From Anaerolineales bacterium UBA6092 (GTDB lineage Bacteria; Chloroflexota; Anaerolineae; Anaerolineales; UBA4823), in assembly GCA_002428565.1 (NCBI GenBank), contig DIXA01000055.1, positions 40,436 through 104,435 on the forward strand: 64,000 nt of DNA, given 5' to 3'. Under the pieces are notes generated by a model. It was not told the DNA's origin. It saw only the letters and a list, made by a program, of their open reading frames with translations, and ran no database searches. This document shows positions 8,703 through 17,534 of the stretch, in pieces; the stretch's first letter is position 1, and each line of letters starts with the position of its first letter. The position numbers were made by a program, and so were the translations under genes.

Positions 8703-8733
8703 CCTCCCCCATCCTGGGTTTGGATGGGGGAGG
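8703..8733. other. Third consecutive hairpin (CCTCCCCCATCC-N7-GGATGGGGGAGG)
   Basis: 12-bp perfect stem read directly. Function unknown. Confidence 0.5.
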
Positions 8734-8846
8734 GCCAGGGAGGGGGTCTGTTCGCCCCCACAGGAACTAGAAGCCCTACGAGGGCGTCTCAATAGCATTG
8801 ACCGCTGCCCCCAGCAGTGGGTTATAATCGTTGCTGGAGTTCAAAA

Positions 8847-9557
8847 ATGTCTTTGCTACGCAGCACCCATCGCTTCCTGGTCAGCCAGTCGTTTTACCCG
8901 CTGGTGCTGGCCTCGTTCCTGAGTCTCATTTTCTTCATCGGGCGGGTGGTTTACACCGACTCGTGGAACTACCGCAACCTGGTCTGGAACCTGTTCCTGG
9001 CCTGGGTGCCGTATGGATTCAGCATGCTCGCCGCCGGGATCGGGCGGCTTGCCCCGCGCCACGGCTGGCTGCTGATCTTACCGGGGGTGGCCTGGCTGGC
9101 CTTTTTCCCCAACGCCCCCTACATCATCACCGATTTTTATCACCTGGTGTTGCGCCCACCCGTGCCGCTGTGGTTCGATATCATGCTGATCGCTATTTTT
9201 GCCTTCACCGGCTTCTTCCTGGCGATCGCCTCGCTGCGCACCATGCAATACCTGGTGGAGCGACACCTGGGCAAGATCATCGGCTGGCTCTTTGCCATCG
9301 GCGCGCTGGGACTGAGCGGGCTGGGCGTCTACATGGGGCGCTTCGGGCGCTGGAACACCTGGGATATCTTGCTGCACCCCAAGCCGGTGCTGAAAGATAT
9401 TGCCGAGCACGTCTTGAACCCGCTGGAAAACCCGGGCTTCACCGGCTTTACGCTGATGTTCACCGCTGTGCTGTTTGTCTTCTACCTGATGTTCGTTTCG
9501 ATGAGCCATCCGCAGGCTGCCGAAGAGCCTGAAAGAGAGAATACGCCAATCCGTTGA
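8847..9557 (+). CDS. DUF1361-family integral membrane protein
   Basis: ATG at 8847 with CTGGAG 6 nt upstream. Multiple TM segments and the family-typical NLFLAWVPY ... FFPNAPYIITDFYHL stretch. Confidence 0.75.
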   Translation: MSLLRSTHRFLVSQSFYPLVLASFLSLIFFIGRVVYTDSWNYRNLVWNLFLAWVPYGFSMLAAGIGRLAPRHGWLLILPGVAWLAFFPNAPYIITDFYHLVLRPPVPLWFDIMLIAIFAFTGFFLAIASLRTMQYLVERHLGKIIGWLFAIGALGLSGLGVYMGRFGRWNTWDILLHPKPVLKDIAEHVLNPLENPGFTGFTLMFTAVLFVFYLMFVSMSHPQAAEEPERENTPIR

Positions 9558-9577
9558 GTTCATGGGAGGATATGAAG

Positions 9578-10465
9578 ATGTCTAAACTCACTTTTCTGGA
9601 ACGCCTGAATGCCGGGCAAACCCTGGTCGCCGATGGCGCCACCGGCACCAACCTGCTGGCGCGCGGCCTGCCAACCGGCATCACCGCAGAAGATTGGGTG
9701 TTGGAGCAGCCCGAGAAGATCATCGCTCTGCACCGCGACTTTGTCGCCGCGGGGGCCGATATTCTGCTCACCAGCACCTTTAGCGCCACGCCGCTGCGCC
9801 TGGCGGGCACACCGCTGGCGGGCCGCGCCGCTGAGATCAACCGGACTGCGCTGGGGCTGGCGCGCCAGGCCGCCCAGGGCACCGCCGTGCTGATCGCCGG
9901 GTCGCTGGGACCGGTGGGGCAATTGCTCAAGCCGTACGGGCCGGTAGAACCCCAGGCCGCCGCGGATGCCTACGCCGAGCAGGCCCAGGCGCTGAGCGAA
10001 GCCGGGGCCGACCTGCTGGTGATTGAAACCCAATTCGACCTGAGCGAAGCCAAAGCCGCCATCCAGGGCGTGCGCCGCGTCTCCACCCTGCCGCTGGTGT
10101 GCTCTTTCAGCTATGACCGCGGCCGGCGCACCATGATGGGCGTCAGCCCGGCGCAGGTAGGCCGCGAGCTCTCCTCCCTGGGCGTGGATGCGCTGGGGAT
10201 CAACTGCGGTCGCAGCCTGGACGAGAACGTGGGCAACCTGCACGAACTGCGCCAGGCCACCTCCCTGCCCATCTGGTTCAAGCCCAATGCCGGCTTGCCC
10301 AAGCTGGACGCCCACGGCAACACCACCTACGATGTTACCCCCGAAGCCATGGCTGCCCACACCGTTGAGTGGCTGGTCGCCGGGGCGCGCGTGGTGGGCG
10401 GCTGCTGCGGCACCAGCCCAGAGCACCTGCGCCAGATCGCCCTGGCTGCCAAGCCGCAGGCGTAA
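9578..10465 (+). CDS. Stand-alone homocysteine S-methyltransferase domain protein (MmuM/MetH N-terminal-like)
   Basis: DGATGTNL near the N-terminus and the Zn-site motif GGCCGTSPEH near the C-terminus. The track ORF starts at TTG 9554. ATG 9578 sits 7 nt after GGGAGGA and is preferred (ATG 9572 is also possible). Confidence 0.85.
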   Translation: MSKLTFLERLNAGQTLVADGATGTNLLARGLPTGITAEDWVLEQPEKIIALHRDFVAAGADILLTSTFSATPLRLAGTPLAGRAAEINRTALGLARQAAQGTAVLIAGSLGPVGQLLKPYGPVEPQAAADAYAEQAQALSEAGADLLVIETQFDLSEAKAAIQGVRRVSTLPLVCSFSYDRGRRTMMGVSPAQVGRELSSLGVDALGINCGRSLDENVGNLHELRQATSLPIWFKPNAGLPKLDAHGNTTYDVTPEAMAAHTVEWLVAGARVVGGCCGTSPEHLRQIALAAKPQA

Positions 10466-10474
10466 AACCTGACC

Positions 10475-10507
10475 TTTTTCCCCGCCCCCCCAGGGGGCAG
10501 GGAGAAG
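10475..10507. repeat. C4GC4-type GC hairpin, copy 2 (imperfect: TTTTTCCCCGCCCCC-CCA-GGGGGCAGGGAGAAG)
   Basis: Read directly. One mismatch and two G-T pairs. Lies 9 nt after the stop at 10465. Confidence 0.6.
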
Positions 10508-10508
10508 C

Positions 10509-10562
10509 TTGCGAAAACAGATGTGCTGCGTGGCAAAGCCACGCAGACATCTGTTTTCGCAA
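10509..10562. terminator. Long hairpin (TTGCGAAAACAGATGTGCTGCGTGGC-AAA-GCCACGCAGACATCTGTTTTCGCAA), probable intrinsic terminator
   Basis: About 25-bp stem with one bulged base. A-tract in the left arm and T-tract in the right arm. Confidence 0.6.
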
Positions 10563-10699
10563 ATATGGGATGGAATATGGAATAAGGTAAGAAATGCCAG
10601 GCTTAAGAAACATTCACGAACGGAGCGGTGCGTTCATGCCGCCAGTGCGGTATAATTCTTCTGCCAAAAATCAAACCTAAACCATCCATAGGAGAACCC

Positions 10700-12076
10700 A
10701 TGTCCGATCCACGCGCTGCCGCGATCCAATATGCTCACGATCACCAAGATCGCTTCCTTGAAGAACTGAAAGAGTTTGCCACCATCCCCTCCATTTCCAC
10801 CGACCCGGCGGCAGTGCCTGATATGCAGCGCGCCGCAGAGTGGGTTGCCGCGCAACTGCACGCCCTGGGATTGGAGCACGTGCAGGTCTATGCCACCAAC
10901 CGCCACCCCGTGGTCTATGGCGATTGGCTGAAGGCTGGCGCCAAGGCGCCCACGGCCCTCATCTACGGCCATTATGATGTGCAGCCCGCTGACCCGCTGG
11001 AACTGTGGACCAGCGGCCCCTTTGAGCCGACCGTGCGCGGCGAGAACATCTACGCCCGCGGCATCACCGATATGAAAGGCCAGGTGCTGGCCTCCATCAA
11101 GGCCATCGAGGCCATTGTGCGCACCAGCAGCCTGCCGGTCAACGTCAAGTTCCTCATCGAGGGCGAAGAAGAGATCGGCTCACCATCCTTAGTGCCTTTC
11201 ATGCACGAGCATAAAGATCTGCTGGCCTGCGATTTCGCCGTCAATCCAGATACCGGCATGCTGTCTCCTGATCTGCCCACCATCACCTACGCTCTGCGCG
11301 GCCTGGCCTACTTCGAGCTGCGCGTGCACGGCCCCGACCATGACCTGCATTCGGGTGTGTTCGGCGGAGCGATCTTGAACCCGGCGCAGGCGCTGTGCGA
11401 GTTGATCGCCGGCATGCACGACGCCCAGGGCCATATCACCCTGCCCGGCTTTTACGACAGCGTGCGCCCCATCGAAGCCGAGGAACGCGCCGAGTTGGCC
11501 CGCCTGCCCATCACCGACGAGTTCTTCCTGCGCAACACCGGCGCGCCCGCCCTGTACGGCGAAGCCGGTTACACCCCCATCGAGCATGTCGGCGCTCGCC
11601 CCACCCTGGAAGTCAACGGCCTGCTCTCCGGCTTTACCGGCGAGGGCGCCAAGACCGTGCTGCCCGCCTGGGCCATGGCCAAGATTTCCTGCCGCCTGGT
11701 GCCTGACCAGGATCCCGAAGAGGTGCACCAGCAAATGCTGAAGTACCTGGAGGCGCATGCCCCCAAGACCATCCGCTGGACGCTGGCCAAGCATACCGGC
11801 GGCCCGGCCTCCATCTCTGACCGCAAATCCGCCTATGTGCAGGCGCTGAGCCAGGCCATGGAAACCGTGTGGGGCAAGCGGCCCGTCTTCAAGCGTGAGG
11901 GCGGCAGCGTGCCGGTGGTTACCCAGTTCCAGCAGATCCTGGGCGTTGAATCGGTCAACACCGGCTTTGGCCTGCCCGACGATAACATGCACAGCCCCAA
12001 CGAGAAGATGCACCTGCCCACCTGGCGCCGCGGCATTGATGCCCTGATCCACTTCTTCTTCAACCTGGCCCAATAA
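10700..12076 (+). CDS. M20-family metallopeptidase (dipeptidase, ArgE/DapE/CPG2 clan)
   Basis: ATG at 10700 with GGAG at 10691-10694. Motifs: LIYGHYDVQPADP, ARGITDMKGQ, LIEGEEEIGSP, DDNMHSPNEKM. Confidence 0.8.
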   Translation: MSDPRAAAIQYAHDHQDRFLEELKEFATIPSISTDPAAVPDMQRAAEWVAAQLHALGLEHVQVYATNRHPVVYGDWLKAGAKAPTALIYGHYDVQPADPLELWTSGPFEPTVRGENIYARGITDMKGQVLASIKAIEAIVRTSSLPVNVKFLIEGEEEIGSPSLVPFMHEHKDLLACDFAVNPDTGMLSPDLPTITYALRGLAYFELRVHGPDHDLHSGVFGGAILNPAQALCELIAGMHDAQGHITLPGFYDSVRPIEAEERAELARLPITDEFFLRNTGAPALYGEAGYTPIEHVGARPTLEVNGLLSGFTGEGAKTVLPAWAMAKISCRLVPDQDPEEVHQQMLKYLEAHAPKTIRWTLAKHTGGPASISDRKSAYVQALSQAMETVWGKRPVFKREGGSVPVVTQFQQILGVESVNTGFGLPDDNMHSPNEKMHLPTWRRGIDALIHFFFNLAQ

Positions 12077-12107
12077 CCGGCCCCAGACAATTGACTTTTT
12101 TATTGGT

Positions 12108-13007
12108 GTGAATAACCTGATGACAGACAAGTGCAGACTCCCCTCTTACGGCGGCCAGGCAGTGATCGAAGGCGTGTTGATGCGCGGCAAAAATGTGGCC
12201 GCCATTGCCATGCGCGAGCCGGGCGGCCAGATCGTGATCCACAAGGAAAAGCTAGGTAAGATCTACCGCGGCACCCTGGCGAAGATCCCCTTCCTGCGCG
12301 GGTTGGTGATGCTGTGGGATGCGCTGGCCCTGGGCCTGCGCGCCCTCACCATCTCGGCCAACACGCAGACCGGCGAAGATGAAAAGATCGAAGGCCCGCT
12401 GATGTACCTGACCCTGTTCGGCACCATGGCGGTAGCCATCTTCATGTTCAAGGCCGCCCCGGCAGCCGTGGGCGGGCTGGCAGAGGAGTACCTGGGCTGG
12501 CCGTTTTGGGCCGGGAACCTGGTGGAGGGCCTGATCCGCCTGCTGCTGCTGGTGGGCTACATCTGGGCCATCGGCCACATGCCCGATATCCGGCGCGTCT
12601 TCGCCTATCACGGCGCAGAACACAAGACGATCAATGCCTTTGAGGCCGGTGCCGAGCTGACCCCCGAAAACGTGGCGCGCTTCTCCGTGGAGCATCCACG
12701 CTGCGGCACGGCCTTCCTGCTGACCCTGGTGGTCTTTTCGGTACTTTTGTATGGCCTGTTGGGCCCCATGCCCACGCTGTGGCGCATGGGCAGCCGCATC
12801 CTGCTGCTGCCGGTGCTGGCGGGCATCTCTTACGAGTACATCCGCTGGACCGCCAACCACCTCAGCATCCCCATCGTGGGCCTGCTGGCTAAGCCGAACC
12901 TTTGGCTGCAGCACCTGACCACGCGCGAGCCGGATTTGCAGGTGTTGGAAGTGTCGATTGCCGCATTCAACGCCATGCGCGAAGAAGAGGAAATTCCGGT
13001 CACTTGA
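12108..13007 (+). CDS. DUF1385 (YqhQ-like) membrane protein
   Basis: SYGGQAVIEGVLMRG near the N-terminus and AYHGAEHKTINAFE...EHPRCGT. The track start is GTG 12108. ATG 12120 is an equally plausible start. Confidence 0.8.
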   Translation: MNNLMTDKCRLPSYGGQAVIEGVLMRGKNVAAIAMREPGGQIVIHKEKLGKIYRGTLAKIPFLRGLVMLWDALALGLRALTISANTQTGEDEKIEGPLMYLTLFGTMAVAIFMFKAAPAAVGGLAEEYLGWPFWAGNLVEGLIRLLLLVGYIWAIGHMPDIRRVFAYHGAEHKTINAFEAGAELTPENVARFSVEHPRCGTAFLLTLVVFSVLLYGLLGPMPTLWRMGSRILLLPVLAGISYEYIRWTANHLSIPIVGLLAKPNLWLQHLTTREPDLQVLEVSIAAFNAMREEEEIPVT

Positions 13008-13029
13008 GGGTTTTCACCCCACCCCCTGC

Positions 13030-13051
13030 CCCCGCCCCTCAAGGGGCGGGG
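13030..13051. repeat. C4GC4-type GC hairpin, copy 3 (CCCCGCCCC-TCAA-GGGGCGGGG)
   Basis: Perfect 9-bp stem, 22 nt after the stop at 13007. Confidence 0.8.
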
Positions 13052-13057
13052 AAGATA

Positions 13058-13109
13058 CCCAAAAAGAGTGTCAGGCGGTGCTAAAGCACCGCCTGACACT
13101 CTTTTTGGG
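13058..13109. terminator. Bidirectional intrinsic terminator between convergent genes (24-bp perfect stem, TAAA loop)
   Basis: CCCAAAAAGAGTGTCAGGCGGTGC-TAAA-GCACCGCCTGACACTCTTTTTGGG. The A-tract and T-tract are built into the stem arms. Confidence 0.7.
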
Positions 13110-13112
13110 AGA

Positions 13113-13535
13113 TTATGCCTCGCCAATTACCTGGACCACCAATTCCCGGCGGCGGGAGCGGGTGTCAAAATCCACGTAGATGATCTGCTGCCAGGTTCCC
13201 AGCGTCAGCCGGGCATTGACGAAGGGAACGCACAAGGACGCCCCCAGCAGCGCGGCGCGCACGTGGGCATGCCCGTTGCCATCGCCCCAGGCGGCATCAT
13301 GGGCGTAGGGCTGGTCAGGGCCGATGATCTGATCGAACAGGCGGCGCAAATCGCTCAGGCAGCCAGGCTCATATTCGATGGTGGTCAGGCCGCTGGTTGA
13401 GGAGGGGCAGAACAGCGTCACCGTGCCGTTTTTCAGGCCGCTCTCATTGACGCAGTTTGCCACCTGCGCGGTGATATCCACCATATCGGCGTTGCCGCGC
13501 GTGTTCAATTGGATAACCATCGGGATCACGGGCAT
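13113..13535 (-). CDS. yjbQ: YjbQ/UPF0047 family protein (secondary thiamine-phosphate synthase enzyme)
   Basis: 140 aa. Family-typical GNGHAHVRAALLGASLCVPFVNARLTLGTWQQIIYVDFD. Confidence 0.85.
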   Translation of the reverse strand: MPVIPMVIQLNTRGNADMVDITAQVANCVNESGLKNGTVTLFCPSSTSGLTTIEYEPGCLSDLRRLFDQIIGPDQPYAHDAAWGDGNGHAHVRAALLGASLCVPFVNARLTLGTWQQIIYVDFDTRSRRRELVVQVIGEA

Positions 13536-13626
13536 TGATTCACCTCAAGGTTGTGCCGGTAAATATATCATAAGATGAGAAAAATTCGCCTTCCCATTCC
13601 GCGGCAAATCATGTAGACTCAAGGCC

Positions 13627-14415
13627 ATGCCAAAACTCGAACTCAATACCCTCATCCAAGGCGACGGTCCGCCGGTGGTGCTCGTCCACGGGCTGGCGGC
13701 ATCGCTGCACAACTGGGATGCACAGATCCCCGCCCTGGCGCAGGCGGGTTACCGCGTCTATGCCATGGATCTGCCCGGTCACGGCGACAGCCCCATGCCC
13801 GAAGAGCCAGAATACTACCATGCCGATACCTTCTGCCAGGCGCTGGAGGATTGGTTCGAGGCGCAGAGCTTTCACCAACCCGTAGCGCTGGTGGGGCATT
13901 CGCTGGGCGGCTACCTCAGCCTGTGCTACACCCTGCGCCACCTGCCCTTCGTGCGCAAGCTGGCCCTGATCGACCCATTCTACCGCCCGCGCCAGATGCA
14001 AGCCCCCCTGCGGCGCGCCCTGCGCCTGCGCCCCAACGTGGGCGTGCGCATCCTCAGCCTGGCGCGCGAGACCTGGATTGATCGGCTGCTGGAGGCGATG
14101 CCCGAGAACCTGGCTGGTTTCCCACCTGAGCCGCGCCATCAGATCGCGGTGGATTACAAGCGCGCCTCGCCGCTGGTGATGCGCATCCCCGCCACCTTTC
14201 GGGATCTGACCGATCACCTGCCCGCCCTGGACCTGCCCGCCTGCGTCATCTGGGGGGCTGACGACATCACCCTGCACCCGCTCTCCTTCTCTGCCCTGGC
14301 GCGCAACCTGCCCAACGCCGAGGGCCATTCCCTGCCGCGCACCGCCCACCAGCCGCACGTCAGCCGGGCCGCGCAGGTCAACGAGTTGCTGCTGGCATTC
14401 CTGAGGCAATCATGA
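13627..14415 (+). CDS. Alpha/beta-fold hydrolase
   Basis: 262 aa. PPVVLVHGLAASLHNW, DLPGHGDS, nucleophile elbow GHSLGG. The stop overlaps the next ATG (ATGA at 14412-14415). Confidence 0.8.
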   Translation: MPKLELNTLIQGDGPPVVLVHGLAASLHNWDAQIPALAQAGYRVYAMDLPGHGDSPMPEEPEYYHADTFCQALEDWFEAQSFHQPVALVGHSLGGYLSLCYTLRHLPFVRKLALIDPFYRPRQMQAPLRRALRLRPNVGVRILSLARETWIDRLLEAMPENLAGFPPEPRHQIAVDYKRASPLVMRIPATFRDLTDHLPALDLPACVIWGADDITLHPLSFSALARNLPNAEGHSLPRTAHQPHVSRAAQVNELLLAFLRQS

Positions 14416-15071
14416 CCGAATCAGAAATCGATGCAACCTGGTACCAACGCCCGCCGGGCATCAAAGAGCGCATCTCGGCAGGCGGCATTGTGGTGCGCAC
14501 CACGCCTGAGGGCCCACTGATCGCCTTTGCCCGCGAGCAAAACCACCCGCTGTATGTGCTGCCCAAGGGCGGCGTGGAGGCTGGCGAAACCATCGAAGAA
14601 GCTGCCCGGCGCGAGATCCTGGAAGAAGCCGGCATCTCCGACCTGCAGGTCGTACGCTACCTGGGCACACGCCCACGCCTGAATTACCGCAAAGACCGCT
14701 GGATGGTGATCCACTACTTCCTCTTCACCACCCAGCAGGTAGAAGGCACCCCCACTCACACCGAGCGGCATTACGGGCTGTGGTGGTTTCCTCTCAGCAG
14801 CCTGCCGCCCATGCTGTGGCCCGAGCAGCGCCAATTGATCGAGACTGTTCTGGGAAAATCCGGGTACAATACCCCTATGCCCGCAACCCTGATCTTACGC
14901 AACAAAGAATACGAAGCCCGCCCCGGCATCACCCTGCGCATGGCCCTCAAAAAGCACGGCATCCAGCCTGACACTGTGCTGGCAACCCGCAACGGCGAGA
15001 TGCTCACCGACGATGAGGTCGTAAAAGAGGGCGATGTGATCAAGCTGGTGACGGTCATCTCTGGAGGGTAA
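14412..15071 (+). CDS. Nudix hydrolase fused to a C-terminal ThiS/MoaD-like beta-grasp domain ending in Gly-Gly
   Basis: Perfect Nudix box GGVEAGETIEEAARREILEEAGI (GX5EX7REUXEEXGU). The last 64 aa (from ATG 14877), MPATLILRNKEYEARPGITL...VVKEGDVIKLVTVISGG-stop, mirror the ThiS C-terminus (...GDxIxxxxxxxGG). Confidence 0.7.
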   Translation: MTESEIDATWYQRPPGIKERISAGGIVVRTTPEGPLIAFAREQNHPLYVLPKGGVEAGETIEEAARREILEEAGISDLQVVRYLGTRPRLNYRKDRWMVIHYFLFTTQQVEGTPTHTERHYGLWWFPLSSLPPMLWPEQRQLIETVLGKSGYNTPMPATLILRNKEYEARPGITLRMALKKHGIQPDTVLATRNGEMLTDDEVVKEGDVIKLVTVISGG

Positions 15072-15075
15072 AACC

Positions 15076-15843
15076 ATGCGCCTGGAAAACCGCACTGCCA
15101 TCATCACCGGAGGCGCCAACGGCATCGGCCGCGCCACCGCCCGGCGCTTTGCCGCCGAAGGCGCGCGCGTGGCGGTGTGGGATATGGACGACGAGGCCGG
15201 ACTGGCGCTGGAGCACGAGATCGGCCCGGAGCACCTGCTCTACACCCCCGTGGATGTCAGCGACCCCGATGCCGTGGAGGCTGCCGCCAAACAGGCGCAT
15301 GCCACCTGGGGCAAGATCGATATCCTGATCAACAACGCCGGCATCCTGCGCGATGCCCAGTTCATCAAAGTCAAAGATGGTGAAGTGCTCAGCCGCATGA
15401 CGCTGAAGCAGTTCGATGAGGTGATCAACGTCAACCTGCGCGGCATCTTCATCACCACCCGCGCCATCGCCCCCTACATGATCCGCCAGGGCTACGGGCG
15501 CATCATCAGCACATCTTCCATCGTCGGGCTGTATGGCAACTTTGGGCAGACCAATTACGTGGCTGCCAAGGCGGGCATCATCGGCCTGACGCGGGTGTGG
15601 GCGCGCGAGCTGGGCCGCTTCAATATCACCGCCAACGTGGTGGCGCCCGGCTTCATCGAGACGGATATGGTCGGGCAAATGCCGCCCAAGGTGCTGGAGA
15701 TGATGGTGCAGCGCACCCCGCTCAAGCGCTTGGGCAAGCCCGAGGAAATTGCCAGCGTGTTCCTCTTCCTGGCCTCGGACGACGCCTCGTTCATCAACGG
15801 CGCGGTGCTCTGCGCTGACGGCGGCACCGTGGTCGGCACCTGA
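15076..15843 (+). CDS. Short-chain dehydrogenase/reductase, 3-oxoacyl-ACP reductase (FabG)-like
   Basis: TGGANGIGRA cofactor motif, NNAG, and the catalytic S...YxxxK region (NYVAAKAG). SD GGAGGG lies upstream of ATG 15076. Confidence 0.8.
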   Translation: MRLENRTAIITGGANGIGRATARRFAAEGARVAVWDMDDEAGLALEHEIGPEHLLYTPVDVSDPDAVEAAAKQAHATWGKIDILINNAGILRDAQFIKVKDGEVLSRMTLKQFDEVINVNLRGIFITTRAIAPYMIRQGYGRIISTSSIVGLYGNFGQTNYVAAKAGIIGLTRVWARELGRFNITANVVAPGFIETDMVGQMPPKVLEMMVQRTPLKRLGKPEEIASVFLFLASDDASFINGAVLCADGGTVVGT

Positions 15844-15853
15844 GCCCCCAACC

Positions 15854-16720
15854 ATGCCCGCCATCAGCCTGGACCGCTTGAATGCCCACCGGGGGCGCAC
15901 CTTCCGCCTGGAAGCCTCCCTGCGCTTGCACTCCCAAGAGGAGGCGGTCGCCTTCGTGCAGGAGCGCGGCTTTGTATACTTCTGGCCCATCACCGGCATC
16001 ACCCTGCCCAGCCTGTGGACGGCAACTGCTGGCGACCGTCCCGTCGCCGACGCCCACGACGACCCCGGGCACGTTACCTGGGGCTGGAAGGACGCACTGC
16101 TAGGCCAACGCGCCTGGTATTACGGCAAGGTGCTGCGCAAGCGGGGCACCATGATCGCCCTGCCCCTGCTGCCATACTTCTACGCCCTCTCTGAAAACTA
16201 CGGCTCACCCGAAGAAGATTACCTGACCCTGTACGAACAGGGCCTGCTCACCCTGGAATCCCGCACCGTCTACGAGGCGCTGCTCACCCATGGCCCGCTG
16301 GACACACTGGCCCTGCGCAAGGCTGCTCGCCTCTCCAGTGCAGAGAGCAACACCCGCTTTGAAAAAGCTCTCAGCGATCTGCAAGCCGATTTCAAGATCG
16401 TCCCGATGGGCGTGGCTGAGGTAGGTTCGTGGCGTTACGCTTTCATCTACAACGTCACCGCCCGCCAATACCCAGAACTGCCCGACCTGGCCCACCCCAT
16501 CCAAGAGCGACCGGCCCGGCTGGAACTGGCGCGGGCCTATTTCCACTCGGTGGGCGCAGCCCGGCCGCGCGATGTGGCCAAACTGTTCGGCTGGCGCCTG
16601 CCCGCGGTGGAAAGAGCCATCGATGACCTGGTCGAATCGGGTTTGCTGCGCCGCGGCCTCTCCCTGCCAGGCCAAACGGGCGAATGGATCGCACTGAGCG
16701 AGCTGTGTGAGGAAGGTTAA
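15854..16720 (+). CDS. Hypothetical protein, possibly a winged-helix (YcaQ/AlkZ-like) fold
   Basis: ATG at 15854, just after the SDR stop. The track ORF extends upstream in overlap and is less likely. There is only a vague resemblance to winged-helix DUF1006-type proteins, and no motif I can name with certainty. Confidence 0.5.
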   Translation: MPAISLDRLNAHRGRTFRLEASLRLHSQEEAVAFVQERGFVYFWPITGITLPSLWTATAGDRPVADAHDDPGHVTWGWKDALLGQRAWYYGKVLRKRGTMIALPLLPYFYALSENYGSPEEDYLTLYEQGLLTLESRTVYEALLTHGPLDTLALRKAARLSSAESNTRFEKALSDLQADFKIVPMGVAEVGSWRYAFIYNVTARQYPELPDLAHPIQERPARLELARAYFHSVGAARPRDVAKLFGWRLPAVERAIDDLVESGLLRRGLSLPGQTGEWIALSELCEEG

Positions 16721-16727
16721 AGAGCCC

Positions 16728-17534
16728 ATGCCCAAAACTGCCCTGATCACCGGCGCCTCCAGCGGCCTGGGCGCCGAGTTTGCCCGACAACTCGCCGCCC
16801 AAGGTTATGATCTGGTGCTGACCGCCCGCCGCCTGCCGCGCCTGGAGGCCCTGGCGCAAGAGCTGCAAGCCCAATTTTCGATCTCAGCCCAAGTGCTGCC
16901 CGCCGATCTTTCAACCCGCGAGGGCATGGAAAGGCTGGAGGAGTGCATTGCCCACCTGCCCACGCTCGATCTGTTGGTCAACAATGCCGGGTTTGGCACC
17001 AATGGGCCCTTTGTGGATGTGGAACGTTCTGCCCACGATGCCATGCTGCAGGTGCACATCACCGCGGCCGTGCGCCTGACCCACGCTGCCCTGCCGGGTA
17101 TGCTCGCCCGCGGGCAGGGCGGTATCATCAACGTGGCCTCGGTGGCAGGCATCCTGCCTATCCGCAGCGAGTTATACGGCAGCACCAAAGCCTTCCTCAT
17201 CATCTTCTCTCAAGCCGTGCAGTCACAATTGCGCGGCCGGGAGGTGCACATCCAGGCCCTGTGCCCTGGCTTCACCGTCACCGAGTTCCACGAAACGCCC
17301 GCCTTTGCCGGTTTTGACCGCCGCCAGATCCCGCGCTGGCTGTGGCTCGACGCCAGCCAGGTGGTGCGCGATTCGCTGCAAGCCCTACCGCGCCGGGCAG
17401 TGGTTTACATCCCCGGCGGTCAGTATCGCCTGATCGCCCTGCTGGCCCGCCTGCCGCTGGCAGGCGCCATCACCCGCTTCGTTGGAGACCATTTTTTTGC
17501 CAATGATCACCCGAGAGCAAAGGAGATTGTATGA
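16728..17534 (+). CDS. Short-chain dehydrogenase/reductase family oxidoreductase
   Basis: [20 protein letters not shown]. The stop overlaps the fbp start (17531-17534). Confidence 0.8.
   Translation: MPKTALITGASSGLGAEFARQLAAQGYDLVLTARRLPRLEALAQELQAQFSISAQVLPADLSTREGMERLEECIAHLPTLDLLVNNAGFGTNGPFVDVERSAHDAMLQVHITAAVRLTHAALPGMLARGQGGIINVASVAGILPIRSELYGSTKAFLIIFSQAVQSQLRGREVHIQALCPGFTVTEFHETPAFAGFDRRQIPRWLWLDASQVVRDSLQALPRRAVVYIPGGQYRLIALLARLPLAGAITRFVGDHFFANDHPRAKEIV

Noticed and set aside
8798-8828. TTGACC ... TATAAT as the promoter of the DUF1361 gene
   Set aside because: The spacer between the two hexamers is 19 nt, and alternative -10 registers are poor. It is not reported as a feature.
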